Origin: Escherichia phage ECBP5
Sequence record: NC_027330.1
Strand: one strand, 5' to 3'
DNA length: 45,403 nucleotides
This document shows, piece after piece, positions 25,902-36,403 of the stretch. Position numbers and translations under genes: made by a program. Each line of letters begins with the position of its first letter. The stretch's first letter is position 1. The notes under the pieces are model-generated. The model saw only the letters and a list, made by a program, of their open reading frames with translations, did no database searches and had not been told where the DNA came from.

Positions 25902-28292
25902 ATGGCCTATGTAACTACCAGCTATGGCAGGCCTATTCAAGGTGTGTCACAGCAACCTGACAGGATTAGGCTAGAGGGGCAATGCACCCTACAAGAGAAC
26001 TACATACCTGACGTGGTTAAGGGTCTTACTAAGAGGCCATCAACCTATCTTGTAGGCAAGATAGCTGACCACGGCATTAGTGCTTTCTCTAAATTCCACT
26101 CATATGATAGAGGTGACGAATCCTACTTCATGTGCATAGAACCTATGACTAACACAGTCAAGGTATTTAACTCTGACGGCGAGCCTCAGGTTGTAAATGG
26201 CACTACTGCTTATGTAGAGATCTCAGAGCCTTGGAAGCAGTTGGATATGCGTACCATAGGTGACTTCACATTCATCACTAACAAGACAGTTCCTGTTATG
26301 ATGTCAAGTGAGAAATCCCCATCTCAGTCAACACTTGGTATTGTCTACTGTCAGTATGCTACCTATGGTAAGACTTACAAGATAATGGCCGATGGAGCTG
26401 TAATTGCTACCTACACCACTAAAGATGGTGGCTCTGCATCTGATATTACAGATGTGGCAACTGATAACGTAGCATTGAAACTTTATAAGCAAATTCATGG
26501 CGACCCAACAGCAAGTCCTGTTATCCCTGCTAACCCTACATATGACGCTGAGTTACACGACAACGTTATCTATGTGACTAAGAGGGATGGTGGTGACTTC
26601 AAACTTACCACTAGTGACTCACAGAAGGGTGAAGACCTAATAGCTGCTAAGGGTTCTGTAAAATCTGTTAACCAGCTACCACCTATTGCACCGAATGGTT
26701 TCGTACTCAGAATCACTGGTGAAGGAAAGTCAACTAAAGATGACTACTGGCTAAAAGCGGAAGTTAGTAACGAATCAAAGATAAGGTGGGTTGAATCAGT
26801 ACAGCCAAATATCCCAATATCTTTCGATGCCACAACTATGCCACATGTGCTTATTCGTGAGTCGATAAGTGGCGGTGTTGCTACATTTACACTGAAGCCA
26901 GCTGATTGGGATAAGAGGGAAGTAGGTGGTGAGGATAGTAATCCAATCCCAAGCTTTATTGATGAGGATAATCCAATACCTATTCAGGCTACAGGGGTCT
27001 TCCAGAACAGGTTGTTCTTTTTATCTGGTGAAGCTTGGATAGCATCAAGGTCTAACCTTTTCTTTAACTTCTGGAGAGAGTCTACTCAGGCTGAGGTCGA
27101 CACTGACCCACTTGATGGTTACGCAGACACTGACAGAGTAAACAACCTATACCAGTATCAGATACTCAATGGTTCACTAGCCATATTTGCTGACCAAGCT
27201 CAGTTTATAATTGACGGCTCCAAGCCAGTTACTAAAGCTAACCTTACCTTGCAGCAGGTCACTGCTTACCCAAACAACATACATGCTCAGCCACAAGCTG
27301 GTGGAGAGAATATCTTCTTTGCTTATGATGCTAGTGGGTTTACTGGTATCCGCGAGTTGTTCACTGATAACTACACAGACACTAAGAAAGCCTACCCAAT
27401 CACTGACTATGTTAGTAAGTATATAGAGGGTCAATGCACACAGCTGCTAGCTTCCTCTAACTTCAACTCTATGATGGTCAGGACAGAGATGAATCCATCT
27501 GTTGTATATGTTTATGATTGGCTATGGCAAGCGGAGCAGAAGGTACAGAGTGCGTGGCATAAGTGGGTGTTTGATGGGGATGTCTTGTTCTTATTCTACC
27601 TGTCAGATTTAATGTACATTGTATACAGTAAGGATAATAAAACTTATGTGGACTACTTACATATGGTTAATGACCCGTCGGATTATGGTCTTGATTATTC
27701 CATTAAGCTAGATCACAAGGTTTCCGTAACTGCTGTATACGATCACGCGCTGAAGAAGTACTCTATACAGCTGCCTTACAGCAGGGGTGATGTTGTACTT
27801 ACAGTTGGTAATGGTGGGTATGAAACCATGCTTGGCTCAGCATTTGTTGCTACTCATGAGGGTAGTGGTGTTTGGTCAACTACTGAAAGAATCTCTGATG
27901 AGAAAGACCTTACAGTAGTTTGTGGAGTTAAGTACAAATCTAGGTACATACCTACGCAGCCTGTTGTTAAGGATGCCCGTGACAGGGTGATAGGTCTTGA
28001 TAGTATCATCATGAGCAACATGTATGTTCATTATGAGCTTTCTGGATTCTTGGAGATGTTAGTAAAACCTAAGCAGGGGCAAGAGCGTGTGTACAGATTC
28101 TTTGGTAGGTGGATGGGTTCTGCTAATAACTTAGTAGGCTCGCCAATATTAGAGAACGGCACATACAGAGCGCCAATTAGGCAGAGGGCAGAAGATCTTC
28201 AGATTACTATACAGTCTGATAGTCACTACCCATTAACCATTCGTGACATAGAAATTGACGGTACATTCCATCAACGTGGACAACGTATATAA
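25902..28292 (+). CDS. Tail tubular protein B (T7 gp12-like)
   Basis: 796 aa; N-terminal GVSQQPDRIR matches T7 gp12 GISQQPD; AGGAGG RBS. Confidence 0.88.
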   Translation: MAYVTTSYGRPIQGVSQQPDRIRLEGQCTLQENYIPDVVKGLTKRPSTYLVGKIADHGISAFSKFHSYDRGDESYFMCIEPMTNTVKVFNSDGEPQVVNGTTAYVEISEPWKQLDMRTIGDFTFITNKTVPVMMSSEKSPSQSTLGIVYCQYATYGKTYKIMADGAVIATYTTKDGGSASDITDVATDNVALKLYKQIHGDPTASPVIPANPTYDAELHDNVIYVTKRDGGDFKLTTSDSQKGEDLIAAKGSVKSVNQLPPIAPNGFVLRITGEGKSTKDDYWLKAEVSNESKIRWVESVQPNIPISFDATTMPHVLIRESISGGVATFTLKPADWDKREVGGEDSNPIPSFIDEDNPIPIQATGVFQNRLFFLSGEAWIASRSNLFFNFWRESTQAEVDTDPLDGYADTDRVNNLYQYQILNGSLAIFADQAQFIIDGSKPVTKANLTLQQVTAYPNNIHAQPQAGGENIFFAYDASGFTGIRELFTDNYTDTKKAYPITDYVSKYIEGQCTQLLASSNFNSMMVRTEMNPSVVYVYDWLWQAEQKVQSAWHKWVFDGDVLFLFYLSDLMYIVYSKDNKTYVDYLHMVNDPSDYGLDYSIKLDHKVSVTAVYDHALKKYSIQLPYSRGDVVLTVGNGGYETMLGSAFVATHEGSGVWSTTERISDEKDLTVVCGVKYKSRYIPTQPVVKDARDRVIGLDSIIMSNMYVHYELSGFLEMLVKPKQGQERVYRFFGRWMGSANNLVGSPILENGTYRAPIRQRAEDLQITIQSDSHYPLTIRDIEIDGTFHQRGQRI

Positions 28293-28301
28293 GGAGGGGC
28301 T

Positions 28302-28907
28302 ATGGCAGTAGCAGCTGGTGTAGGCGCTTGGGCTGCTGCTAACGCTGGTACAATCGCAGCGGTTAGTACAGCAGTAAGTGTTGCCGCCACTGCTGCCAGC
28401 TTTTATCAGCAAAGCCAACAGGCTAAGGCTCAAGAGCAGGCAGCTAAGAAGCAGAATGAGCAGCTGGCACAACAGGCAATCGAGTCATACGATGACCTTA
28501 CACCAGCAGAAATTGATGCTCAGCGCAATGCAGCAGATATGGAGCTTCAGCAAAAGGCAGAAGCTCTGCAAGCTAAGGGTAGGGTTAACGTATTCGCAGC
28601 AGCTTCAGGTACAGCTGGTCAGAGTGTAGATAGTATGCTTTTTAACATTGATGCCATCAAAGCACGTAACACTAATGAGATACTTAGGCAACGTGAGGCT
28701 GGCTTATTCAGCATCAAGCAACAAGCTGAGCAGTCAAGGCAAGGTGCTATCAGTAACATGAGCCGAGAAGCTATTCAGCGCCCATCGTGGGTTGAGGCAG
28801 GTCTTAAGATTGGTACTCAGACGATTAGTGGATTAGCAAACTATGACCAGAAGAATCGTGAGACTTTTAGCAAACAAGAGAAAGCAACAGTAAGGAGTAG
28901 CGTTTAA
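28302..28907 (+). CDS. Internal virion protein (T7 gp14-like)
   Basis: 201 aa, Ala/Gln-rich; first of three co-oriented genes of gp14/15/16-like sizes. Confidence 0.6.
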   Translation: MAVAAGVGAWAAANAGTIAAVSTAVSVAATAASFYQQSQQAKAQEQAAKKQNEQLAQQAIESYDDLTPAEIDAQRNAADMELQQKAEALQAKGRVNVFAAASGTAGQSVDSMLFNIDAIKARNTNEILRQREAGLFSIKQQAEQSRQGAISNMSREAIQRPSWVEAGLKIGTQTISGLANYDQKNRETFSKQEKATVRSSV

Positions 28908-31051
28908 TGGTGCAGCGTACAGAAGTTCAAGGTATGCAGCAGCTAGCAACAGGGCAGGTTAGTAGACCTGCTCAGGTTGTTCGCAGGGCTGTTGGGCCTA
29001 TCGATGATTCCAAGGTAAAGAGTTATGAAACAACTAACCGTATCCTAGGTGCTCTTGGTGATTTTGTAGATGCATCAAGTGAAGCAGCTTATAAGCAAGC
29101 TCAGGTTGATGTAGAGAAGAAGAAGATTAGTGGCATGGCTACCGCAGTCTCTGGTGGCAAACTTGGTGAGGAGGCCACTAAAGCTGAGTTGATGGGGTAT
29201 GACTTAGTTCAGTCTCAGTCTGAGCTGGCAGTGGCTAACGAGGAGTTATCCAAGGCTATAATGGCTCAGCCTGATATGGATGATGAAACCTACTCAAAGA
29301 TGCGGGATGCTAAGTATGGTGAATTGCTAGCTAAGTATCAAGACCGTGACCCTGATGTGTTCAAGGCCATCTCTGTTAAGGCTCAGGAGAGCCAAGGTGT
29401 ACTGTTCAATATCAGAACTAGAGCACAGAAAGAGTACAGAGATTACAAAGCCAAAGAAACCCTTAACTACAATATCAATAGTCAGCTTGATGGAGCTAGG
29501 TCTGTAGAGCAAGGTGTTAACTTAGTCCACCAGTATATGCACCAAGGTATGGCTATGGGCTTGAGTGAGCCAGATATTAAGGACATGCTTTTCCAGAACA
29601 TGAAGCTGACAGCAGCTAACGGTGACAACCGACTGCTTACATTCATGCAGAACATGGACTGGAGTAAGTATGCACCTGATACGCAGCAAGCTCAGAAAAT
29701 CTATAAATCTTATGTGGATGAAGCACAAGCCAAGTATGAAGCTGCTGTACAGAAGCAGAATGTATTTGCTTACGGGGCTATGTATGCTGAGCTAGAGACA
29801 GCTGCTAAGAATGGTACTCCACCAGAGCAGCTTATGCAGATGATGCAAAGTATGCAGGCTAAGGGTCTTAAGTTCACACCTTCAAGTGTGGCTAGCTACT
29901 TAACGATGGGGCAGAACATTAGCAAGTCTGAGGCTGCCTTACGTGGTAATGTGGCTGCATGGCAACAGAATCGTGGTCAGTTTAACCTAGCACAGAATCC
30001 ATTCATCCCTACTGATGATAAGAAGAAGGTGCTAGATGCTGCTGAGTCTGCTGTAATTGAGCAATCACAGAATGTGCCAGATGCGCAGCGTGGTGACTTT
30101 GTTATATCTAACCTTATTCGCCTGTCAGCTCAAGAAGGTATGCCAGTTAAGACTATTGGTACTGCTTTGCAAAGTCTAGCAACACTAGACACCAACGCTA
30201 CAATGACACCGTCTACTCAGCTCTGGACTAAGTACCTTATGGCTGCTGATGACCAGACTATCAGGATGAATGTACCTAGCGAGCAAGACCAAGCATTTCT
30301 GTTTGGGCTGCGTGATGTGCTAGCTAATAACCAAGGACAGGATGGAGACTTGATGCTCAAGACTGCTATCACTCGTGGTCAGCAGGTTAGGGATAATAAA
30401 GTTCCACTGACAACACAGCAGACTAATACTCTCCGTAGTAAGTCACTGTCTAATGTTAAGGACTTTAAAGACCCTACTCAAACCACTTGGTACTTCCGAG
30501 CTGAGAGCCTGCCTACACAGGTTAGGGATTATGTGGCTAATCAGGTTAATGCAAAGGCTAAGAGTCTTTATGCAGTAACTGGTAATACTGACAAAGCTGT
30601 TGAGCTTGCAACTAAGGAGTTCAAGAACAACAACATGATTCTTAGTGGTGGGGTAGTAGCTAACATTGGTGTGAGACAGCTTGCTGGGTTCATCCCTGAA
30701 TTTGCTCAGAAAGGTGACGATGCTGAGATGGTTCAGCGTAGAGCTGTGTCAGCCTTGGACTATAAGCTTGATAATATTATTAAGCAGCAGGCTAAGTCTG
30801 ACGGTATTGATTACAAACGAGAGGATGTGAATGTTATGTTCTCCAACTCTGGTAATACTTATCAGGTTAATGTTGGTGGACTGACAGTTGGCACATACTT
30901 CACAAGCGACTTAAAGAATGACTTCAATGAACAATTCTTTAAGCAGTGGAATGCTGAACAGGATAAACAGCTTGGTATCTCCGAGCGGTTCCGTCAGTTT
31001 GAGGAAACTAAAGACCTTCAACGCAAGGTACAGCAGATAATGCCTAAATAA
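28907..31051 (+). CDS. Internal virion protein (T7 gp15-like)
   Basis: 714 aa; position and size. Confidence 0.65.
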   Translation: MVQRTEVQGMQQLATGQVSRPAQVVRRAVGPIDDSKVKSYETTNRILGALGDFVDASSEAAYKQAQVDVEKKKISGMATAVSGGKLGEEATKAELMGYDLVQSQSELAVANEELSKAIMAQPDMDDETYSKMRDAKYGELLAKYQDRDPDVFKAISVKAQESQGVLFNIRTRAQKEYRDYKAKETLNYNINSQLDGARSVEQGVNLVHQYMHQGMAMGLSEPDIKDMLFQNMKLTAANGDNRLLTFMQNMDWSKYAPDTQQAQKIYKSYVDEAQAKYEAAVQKQNVFAYGAMYAELETAAKNGTPPEQLMQMMQSMQAKGLKFTPSSVASYLTMGQNISKSEAALRGNVAAWQQNRGQFNLAQNPFIPTDDKKKVLDAAESAVIEQSQNVPDAQRGDFVISNLIRLSAQEGMPVKTIGTALQSLATLDTNATMTPSTQLWTKYLMAADDQTIRMNVPSEQDQAFLFGLRDVLANNQGQDGDLMLKTAITRGQQVRDNKVPLTTQQTNTLRSKSLSNVKDFKDPTQTTWYFRAESLPTQVRDYVANQVNAKAKSLYAVTGNTDKAVELATKEFKNNNMILSGGVVANIGVRQLAGFIPEFAQKGDDAEMVQRRAVSALDYKLDNIIKQQAKSDGIDYKREDVNVMFSNSGNTYQVNVGGLTVGTYFTSDLKNDFNEQFFKQWNAEQDKQLGISERFRQFEETKDLQRKVQQIMPK

Positions 31052-31065
31052 GAGAGAGGTGAGTT

Positions 31066-34000
31066 ATGGCAGAGACAAGCGTACCCCAAGAGCAAAGCTT
31101 CGGCGACCTCTTTGGGGCTGCTGCTCGTAATAATTGGATATTACAGCAAAAGCAACAATCAGAGGACTTGATGACTTATGGTACGCCTGTTGAGGGCTAC
31201 AAGCCTAGCTATGAGGATGTCAGCAAGATTACCACTGATTATAAACTAACAGATGAGCAATCTAAGATTATCTCCGGCTCAATGAGTCCTGAGGAGCTAC
31301 AGTACCGAGCCAAGGTATTTAAGGATAATAACGACAGCAAGAAGACGCTTGACAATGCTGGGTGGAAAGGTATGGCAGCTGAGGTACTTAGCTATGCAGC
31401 TGACCCTGTGATGTTGCCAACATATGCACTTAAGACACCTATGGTTGTTGGTCAGATTGCTACAAAGCTTGGATTCCAGTTCTCTAAGACTGCTGTCACT
31501 GGTGCTATTGAAAGGGCTGTTGGTGCAGGTATCGTAGGTGGTGCAACTGGCTTAGGTCAGGAAGCTGTCCTGTCCATGTATGACCCAAATCGTGATGTCA
31601 ATGATGTCGTGTTGGCTGGTATCTCCGGTGTGGTTGGTGGTGCTGCATTCTCCAGCTTGGCTGATGGCGGCGCAGCTATCTTTGAGCGACTAACAGCTAA
31701 GCGTCAGCTTGGTAGGGCTATGGATGAAGCTGTTGAGGCATTTGATTGGGATAACAGCATTAGCCTAGTTAACTCAGCTGACCATGAGCTTACTGGAGCT
31801 TCTATGGGTCGCATCGAGAATACTCAATATGGTAAGTACTTTGACATGCTTCAGGGTGATATACCTGATGAACTAGCTCGTAAGCGTGTCCTTACCGAGG
31901 GTGATGCAATCAACAAAATGATTGATGACCTTACACCAACTGCTGAGGCTCGTATGTCTCGTGGTCAGCGTATGGAAGCAGAAGCACAGATTAAAGCTAC
32001 CTCTCATGATATGGAGATTATCGCACAGAGGCTTGCAGATGTGGAGGCAACTGCTCCAGCTGGTTCGGGTAAGGCGTTATCCAAGGCCAGACAAGATAGG
32101 GCTGCTGAGCTTAGCAGCTTGCGGTCACAACTTGATGACTTACGAGCGCAGGTTGTAACTAAGCAAACAGAGCTTGCCCCTCACGCAACTGGAGAGTATG
32201 CAGAGGCTGTTGGTGACATCAGCAGGCTTAAACAGGGTATCATCCCTGATAGACTTAAAGAACGATACCTCGATTTGATCACACCTGAAGACCCTGCACC
32301 AGCTTTCAATGAGGCTGTTGCTGGATTGCCACCAGTTAAAGATGAACCAGTGGTTCTCCCTGAGCAGGCAGCACAAGAAGCTGCTAAGCCAGTTGAGCAG
32401 CCTGATACCTCAATAGGTGCAGCTGAGGTTAAGGACTCTATCATCTTCCCTGACACGGAGGGTAAGGAGATTAGTGATACTTACGCTAATGTGCTTGGTG
32501 GGTTACAGAAGATTGGTGAGAAGATTCCAGTAACTAAGGTTGCTGGCTCAACTGCCTTGTACACCCGTGTCATGGCTGGTACTAAGGACAACACATTACG
32601 TGGTATTGCATCTTTAGTATTCAATGACCCACACGGTGTCAAGGGTGCTCCGCAGTCTGCCATTGCTTTCTCTGACACAATGCGCACCTCTATTATGCCT
32701 AAGGCATTCTTTATTGAGAATGCAGCTAAGGAGCAGTACCTCAAGCAGCTTGGTGTTAATCCACTATTCCAAGCTGGTAAGTATAATGAGGAGCTTATCA
32801 AGTTTGACCGAAACATTATGCTGCGCATGACAGAGCTTACTGACACTGTTATTGGTGATGCAGATGATGCAATTACCAGAGCTGCAAAGGCTCGTGCTCA
32901 GGCTTATGCTGAATCCCTCAAGCTTATGAAGCGATATGGTGTTCGTGGGTTTGAGAATGTAGAGGAACGTGCAAGCTATACTCCTGTTACCTTTGGCAAG
33001 AACGACATCACATCAGCCCTTGACCAGTTTGGTGAAGATGCAGTACGTGAAGTTCTAGCTCGTGGGTACATGACAGGTAAGATTCCGCTGTCAGATAAGT
33101 CAGCTCGATTGGTGGCAGATAACACACTTGAGCGTTTCTATCGCAAATCAGGCAAGGTAGCAGCTGTTAAGCCTACTGAATCTATCAGTGGTAAGATTGC
33201 TGAGGTTGTCAATGAGCTACGTGAGGGAGGTGTAGCTGATAGTGAAATCAGAACCGTTATTAACATGCTTCAAGATAAGGCTCATGATGAGTCAATCTCC
33301 GCTCGTGCCATGCAATCCTTACACCCTAACTTGGCAGCTGAAACCACTGATGGTCTGCGATTTGTGGACTTGGTGGATTCATCAACAGCTAGTGTGGATA
33401 AGTATGTACGAGATGCAGCAGCTCAGGCCGCCTTTGCCAAGTACGGTATGCGCTCACGCCGTCAGGTGGAGGATACTATCACTGAGGCATTCAAGCGTCA
33501 CCGCCAGCAGCTTACTGAGCTAACTGACAACTACAATCGAGCTAAGGAGAGGTTATCAAAGCTTGACCGTAGCAAGGCATTACCATCTGTGGTATCAGAG
33601 CTTGAGAAGACTATCAAGGACTATGAGCGCTTGGGTGATATTAATAAGTACCGTAAGTTCCTCGATAGCTATGAGGAAGACTTCTTCAACGGTGTCAAGG
33701 TTACTTTTGGTGAACCAGTTGAGCAGGCTAACAGTATTGCTTATGCTGCTAGCTCTACAGGTAAACTTGTTAACCTCATGATGCTTGGCTTCTCTGGTCT
33801 TGCTCAGGTAGCTGACTTGGGTGTTACGATAGCTCGTAGTGGTGTTGGTGCAACACTCAGGAACTTGCCAACTACCTTGTATCATGGTGTACGCTCCTTA
33901 TTGCCATCTGCACGTTACTTTGAAACCAATAATCAGTTAAACAACATGGCTGAGATATTTGGTACTGTAAGTCATCAAGACTACCTGTTTGGTCACAAGA

Positions 34001-34929
34001 TGATGAAGGGTGCTGAGTATGGCGATGCAGTTATTGGACAGGTGTCTAGGGCTGATAAGGTACTGGACAACATCGGATGGCTGCAAAGCACTATGTCCTT
34101 CCTCCGACCTATGCAGGGTATGATTGATGAGCTATCTGCTCGTAGCATCATGACCAACATAGTTGACCTGTCTAAGAATGGGATGTTCACTGGTAAGGTT
34201 CGCAAGAGCTTCCTTGAGCTTGGTAAGATGTCTGAGGATTCACTTGATTCCAGTATGACTCACATTAAGTCTCAGATGGGTTCTGGTAAGGACATCTTTG
34301 AAGCTATCCGCACACTTGACCCTAAGCTGCGTGATGAGCTTGGTACAGCTATTCGTACCATCCACACATTCAACATTGGCCGCTCTTACTATGGGGAGCT
34401 TCCAGCATTTACTAACCAATCGCTTGGTAAGATTTTCATGAAGCTTCAGTCATTCGCACTGGTAGCTTATGAGAAATCTATTCAGCGTGGTTTCCGTAAT
34501 GACCAAGCTGGATTAGTTGCAGCAACTGCTTGGTCAGCTGGATTAGCCTACTTGTGGTCTGAGGTGGATGTCCGTGCTCAGTCACTCAAGCAACCTGAGG
34601 CTAAGCGTGATGAGTACGTTCGTAAGCGCCTTGAGGATGAGATGGCTTATACAGTTGCCGGACGTATGTCTCAGCTTGCTGTACTCAGCACACTTGCTCA
34701 GGTCATGAACGTAGCTAACCCATATCAAGACAGTGTGCTCAAGCCTTTCGGTGAGTACCGTGGTGTTGCAGCAGGTGGTGCTATTGGCAAGGTTGGTCAG
34801 GCAGCAGCAGCTGGCACACGGCTTGCAACAGACCAGTCAGTAGACCCTGATGCTGATATGTATAAAGTCTATGGAGCTGTACCACTATTGAACACTGCAA
34901 TAGGTATGGCAATCCTCAACACATTATAG
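31066..34929 (+). CDS. Internal virion protein (T7 gp16-like), apparently without N-terminal transglycosylase domain
   Basis: 1287 aa; position and size; no ES...GLxQ motif seen at the N-terminus. Confidence 0.7.
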   Translation: MAETSVPQEQSFGDLFGAAARNNWILQQKQQSEDLMTYGTPVEGYKPSYEDVSKITTDYKLTDEQSKIISGSMSPEELQYRAKVFKDNNDSKKTLDNAGWKGMAAEVLSYAADPVMLPTYALKTPMVVGQIATKLGFQFSKTAVTGAIERAVGAGIVGGATGLGQEAVLSMYDPNRDVNDVVLAGISGVVGGAAFSSLADGGAAIFERLTAKRQLGRAMDEAVEAFDWDNSISLVNSADHELTGASMGRIENTQYGKYFDMLQGDIPDELARKRVLTEGDAINKMIDDLTPTAEARMSRGQRMEAEAQIKATSHDMEIIAQRLADVEATAPAGSGKALSKARQDRAAELSSLRSQLDDLRAQVVTKQTELAPHATGEYAEAVGDISRLKQGIIPDRLKERYLDLITPEDPAPAFNEAVAGLPPVKDEPVVLPEQAAQEAAKPVEQPDTSIGAAEVKDSIIFPDTEGKEISDTYANVLGGLQKIGEKIPVTKVAGSTALYTRVMAGTKDNTLRGIASLVFNDPHGVKGAPQSAIAFSDTMRTSIMPKAFFIENAAKEQYLKQLGVNPLFQAGKYNEELIKFDRNIMLRMTELTDTVIGDADDAITRAAKARAQAYAESLKLMKRYGVRGFENVEERASYTPVTFGKNDITSALDQFGEDAVREVLARGYMTGKIPLSDKSARLVADNTLERFYRKSGKVAAVKPTESISGKIAEVVNELREGGVADSEIRTVINMLQDKAHDESISARAMQSLHPNLAAETTDGLRFVDLVDSSTASVDKYVRDAAAQAAFAKYGMRSRRQVEDTITEAFKRHRQQLTELTDNYNRAKERLSKLDRSKALPSVVSELEKTIKDYERLGDINKYRKFLDSYEEDFFNGVKVTFGEPVEQANSIAYAASSTGKLVNLMMLGFSGLAQVADLGVTIARSGVGATLRNLPTTLYHGVRSLLPSARYFETNNQLNNMAEIFGTVSHQDYLFGHKMMKGAEYGDAVIGQVSRADKVLDNIGWLQSTMSFLRPMQGMIDELSARSIMTNIVDLSKNGMFTGKVRKSFLELGKMSEDSLDSSMTHIKSQMGSGKDIFEAIRTLDPKLRDELGTAIRTIHTFNIGRSYYGELPAFTNQSLGKIFMKLQSFALVAYEKSIQRGFRNDQAGLVAATAWSAGLAYLWSEVDVRAQSLKQPEAKRDEYVRKRLEDEMAYTVAGRMSQLAVLSTLAQVMNVANPYQDSVLKPFGEYRGVAAGGAIGKVGQAAAAGTRLATDQSVDPDADMYKVYGAVPLLNTAIGMAILNTL

Positions 34930-34936
34930 GAGGCGT

Positions 34937-35857
34937 ATGAACTTCTCTTTTACTCGTGATACTGGTGACGGAGTTAAGACAGTATTCACAATGTCCTTTG
35001 CAGGACAGGATGAGGGCTATTTGAATGCCTCTAATATTCACGTACTTGTTAATGGTGTAGAGGTTCCATTTACCATTAACCCAACTGACCCTAATAAGGT
35101 ATACCTATCAACTGCCCCAGCTAATGGGGCTGATGTCCTTATCAGGCGTATCATGCCTAAGAACGTGCCTTACTCTGACTTCAAGAACGGAAACCCATTT
35201 AGTCAGGATACGCTGAACTATACCCAGCTACAGCAGTTGTATGTGACACAAGAGCTACTTGATGGTTTCCTTCCAGATGGCTTCTACTTTAAGCAAGATG
35301 TCAACATGGGTGGTTATAACATCAAGAACTTGGGTGATGCTGTAGACCCTGATGATGCAGTTAAGAAAGAGGTAACTGATGATTTGGGTAATAGGGTAAG
35401 CTCTCTAGAAGATAATCTTACTGATACCTCGTTAACTACCGTTCCTTGGCGGTTTGTTGCAACTGGTGGAGAGATTACAATATCACCTCCTTACTCTTTC
35501 ACAAATGCCCTTCTCTACATCAATGGCGTTACACAGACCATAGGTGCAGATTATGCATACACAGTATCTGGTAATCAGCTACATCTACCTGAGCCACTAA
35601 GAGCTGGAGATGAGGTGTTTGTTATCATTGGAACCAACATACAGCCGCCTAGTGATTTAATCTCCTATGATGGGGCTATTATTGCATATGCGAGTATGGT
35701 GACTGGTGTACCTGTTCAGCAGGTCTATATACCTGTTGTTGGCCTCACCGTAAGTAACGCACTGGTTTTTATTGATAATGGCGTTATTCATACCCTTAAT
35801 GCACCTGCTAGCGGGGTTATCACTTCCATAGCTTGGCCTGATATTGTTATATCATAG
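34937..35857 (+). CDS. Tail fibre / adaptor protein with T7 gp17 N-terminal-like domain
   Basis: 306 aa; N-terminal segment pattern resembles the T7 gp17 tail-attachment domain. Confidence 0.7.
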   Translation: MNFSFTRDTGDGVKTVFTMSFAGQDEGYLNASNIHVLVNGVEVPFTINPTDPNKVYLSTAPANGADVLIRRIMPKNVPYSDFKNGNPFSQDTLNYTQLQQLYVTQELLDGFLPDGFYFKQDVNMGGYNIKNLGDAVDPDDAVKKEVTDDLGNRVSSLEDNLTDTSLTTVPWRFVATGGEITISPPYSFTNALLYINGVTQTIGADYAYTVSGNQLHLPEPLRAGDEVFVIIGTNIQPPSDLISYDGAIIAYASMVTGVPVQQVYIPVVGLTVSNALVFIDNGVIHTLNAPASGVITSIAWPDIVIS

Positions 35858-35865
35858 GAGGTAAC

Positions 35866-36099
35866 TTGATTCATGAGAAAGTAGGTGAGGTTGCAGCTGA
35901 AGCATTTAAGGCCACACCACCAACTGTTGTTGTTGGCCTGAACATCTTAGGTTACTCAATCTCTGAGTGGGTTCAGGTAGCTACACTTATCTATATCTTC
36001 TTACAGATGCATGTGCTAGCTATTAAGAATATAAGTTCATATAAATCCATGTGGGATTATGTTAAGGAGGTTATTCGTGGCAAGCGTAAGCAAGAGTAA
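35866..36099 (+). CDS. Class II holin (T7 gp17.5-like)
   Basis: 77 aa; TTG start after AGGAGG; hydrophobic SISEWVQVATLIYIFLQ resembles T7 gp17.5 SLNEWFYVAAIAYTVVQ; basic C-terminus. Confidence 0.6.
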   Translation: MIHEKVGEVAAEAFKATPPTVVVGLNILGYSISEWVQVATLIYIFLQMHVLAIKNISSYKSMWDYVKEVIRGKRKQE

Positions 36100-36403
36100 T
36101 AAGAATTCAGCCACAGAGGATGATGTAGGCCTTATCCATAAGCTTGTTACTAAGGTCATCACTAAGAAGCTTGAGAAGTGGTTAGAGCTTATTGAGCAGG
36201 GTGGTGACGTAGATTTAGTTGTGGATATGAAACAGCTCAAGTCTGCCATCGACTGGTGTGACAAGAATGGCATTGTATGTGCTGACCCAGCTGAGCAGAG
36301 TGACAATGAGCTTGGTGATAAACTGTCTGAGATTCGTAAAGCTCAACACGCTCGTGGTGTTGTCGTTCCATTCAAAGAGGATGAGGAGGGTTATGGTACA
36401 TGA
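36077..36403 (+). CDS. Terminase small subunit (T7 gp18-like)
   Basis: GTG start 6 nt after AAGGAGG; about 108 aa; directly upstream of and overlapping the large terminase gene. Confidence 0.6.
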   Translation: MASVSKSNKNSATEDDVGLIHKLVTKVITKKLEKWLELIEQGGDVDLVVDMKQLKSAIDWCDKNGIVCADPAEQSDNELGDKLSEIRKAQHARGVVVPFKEDEEGYGT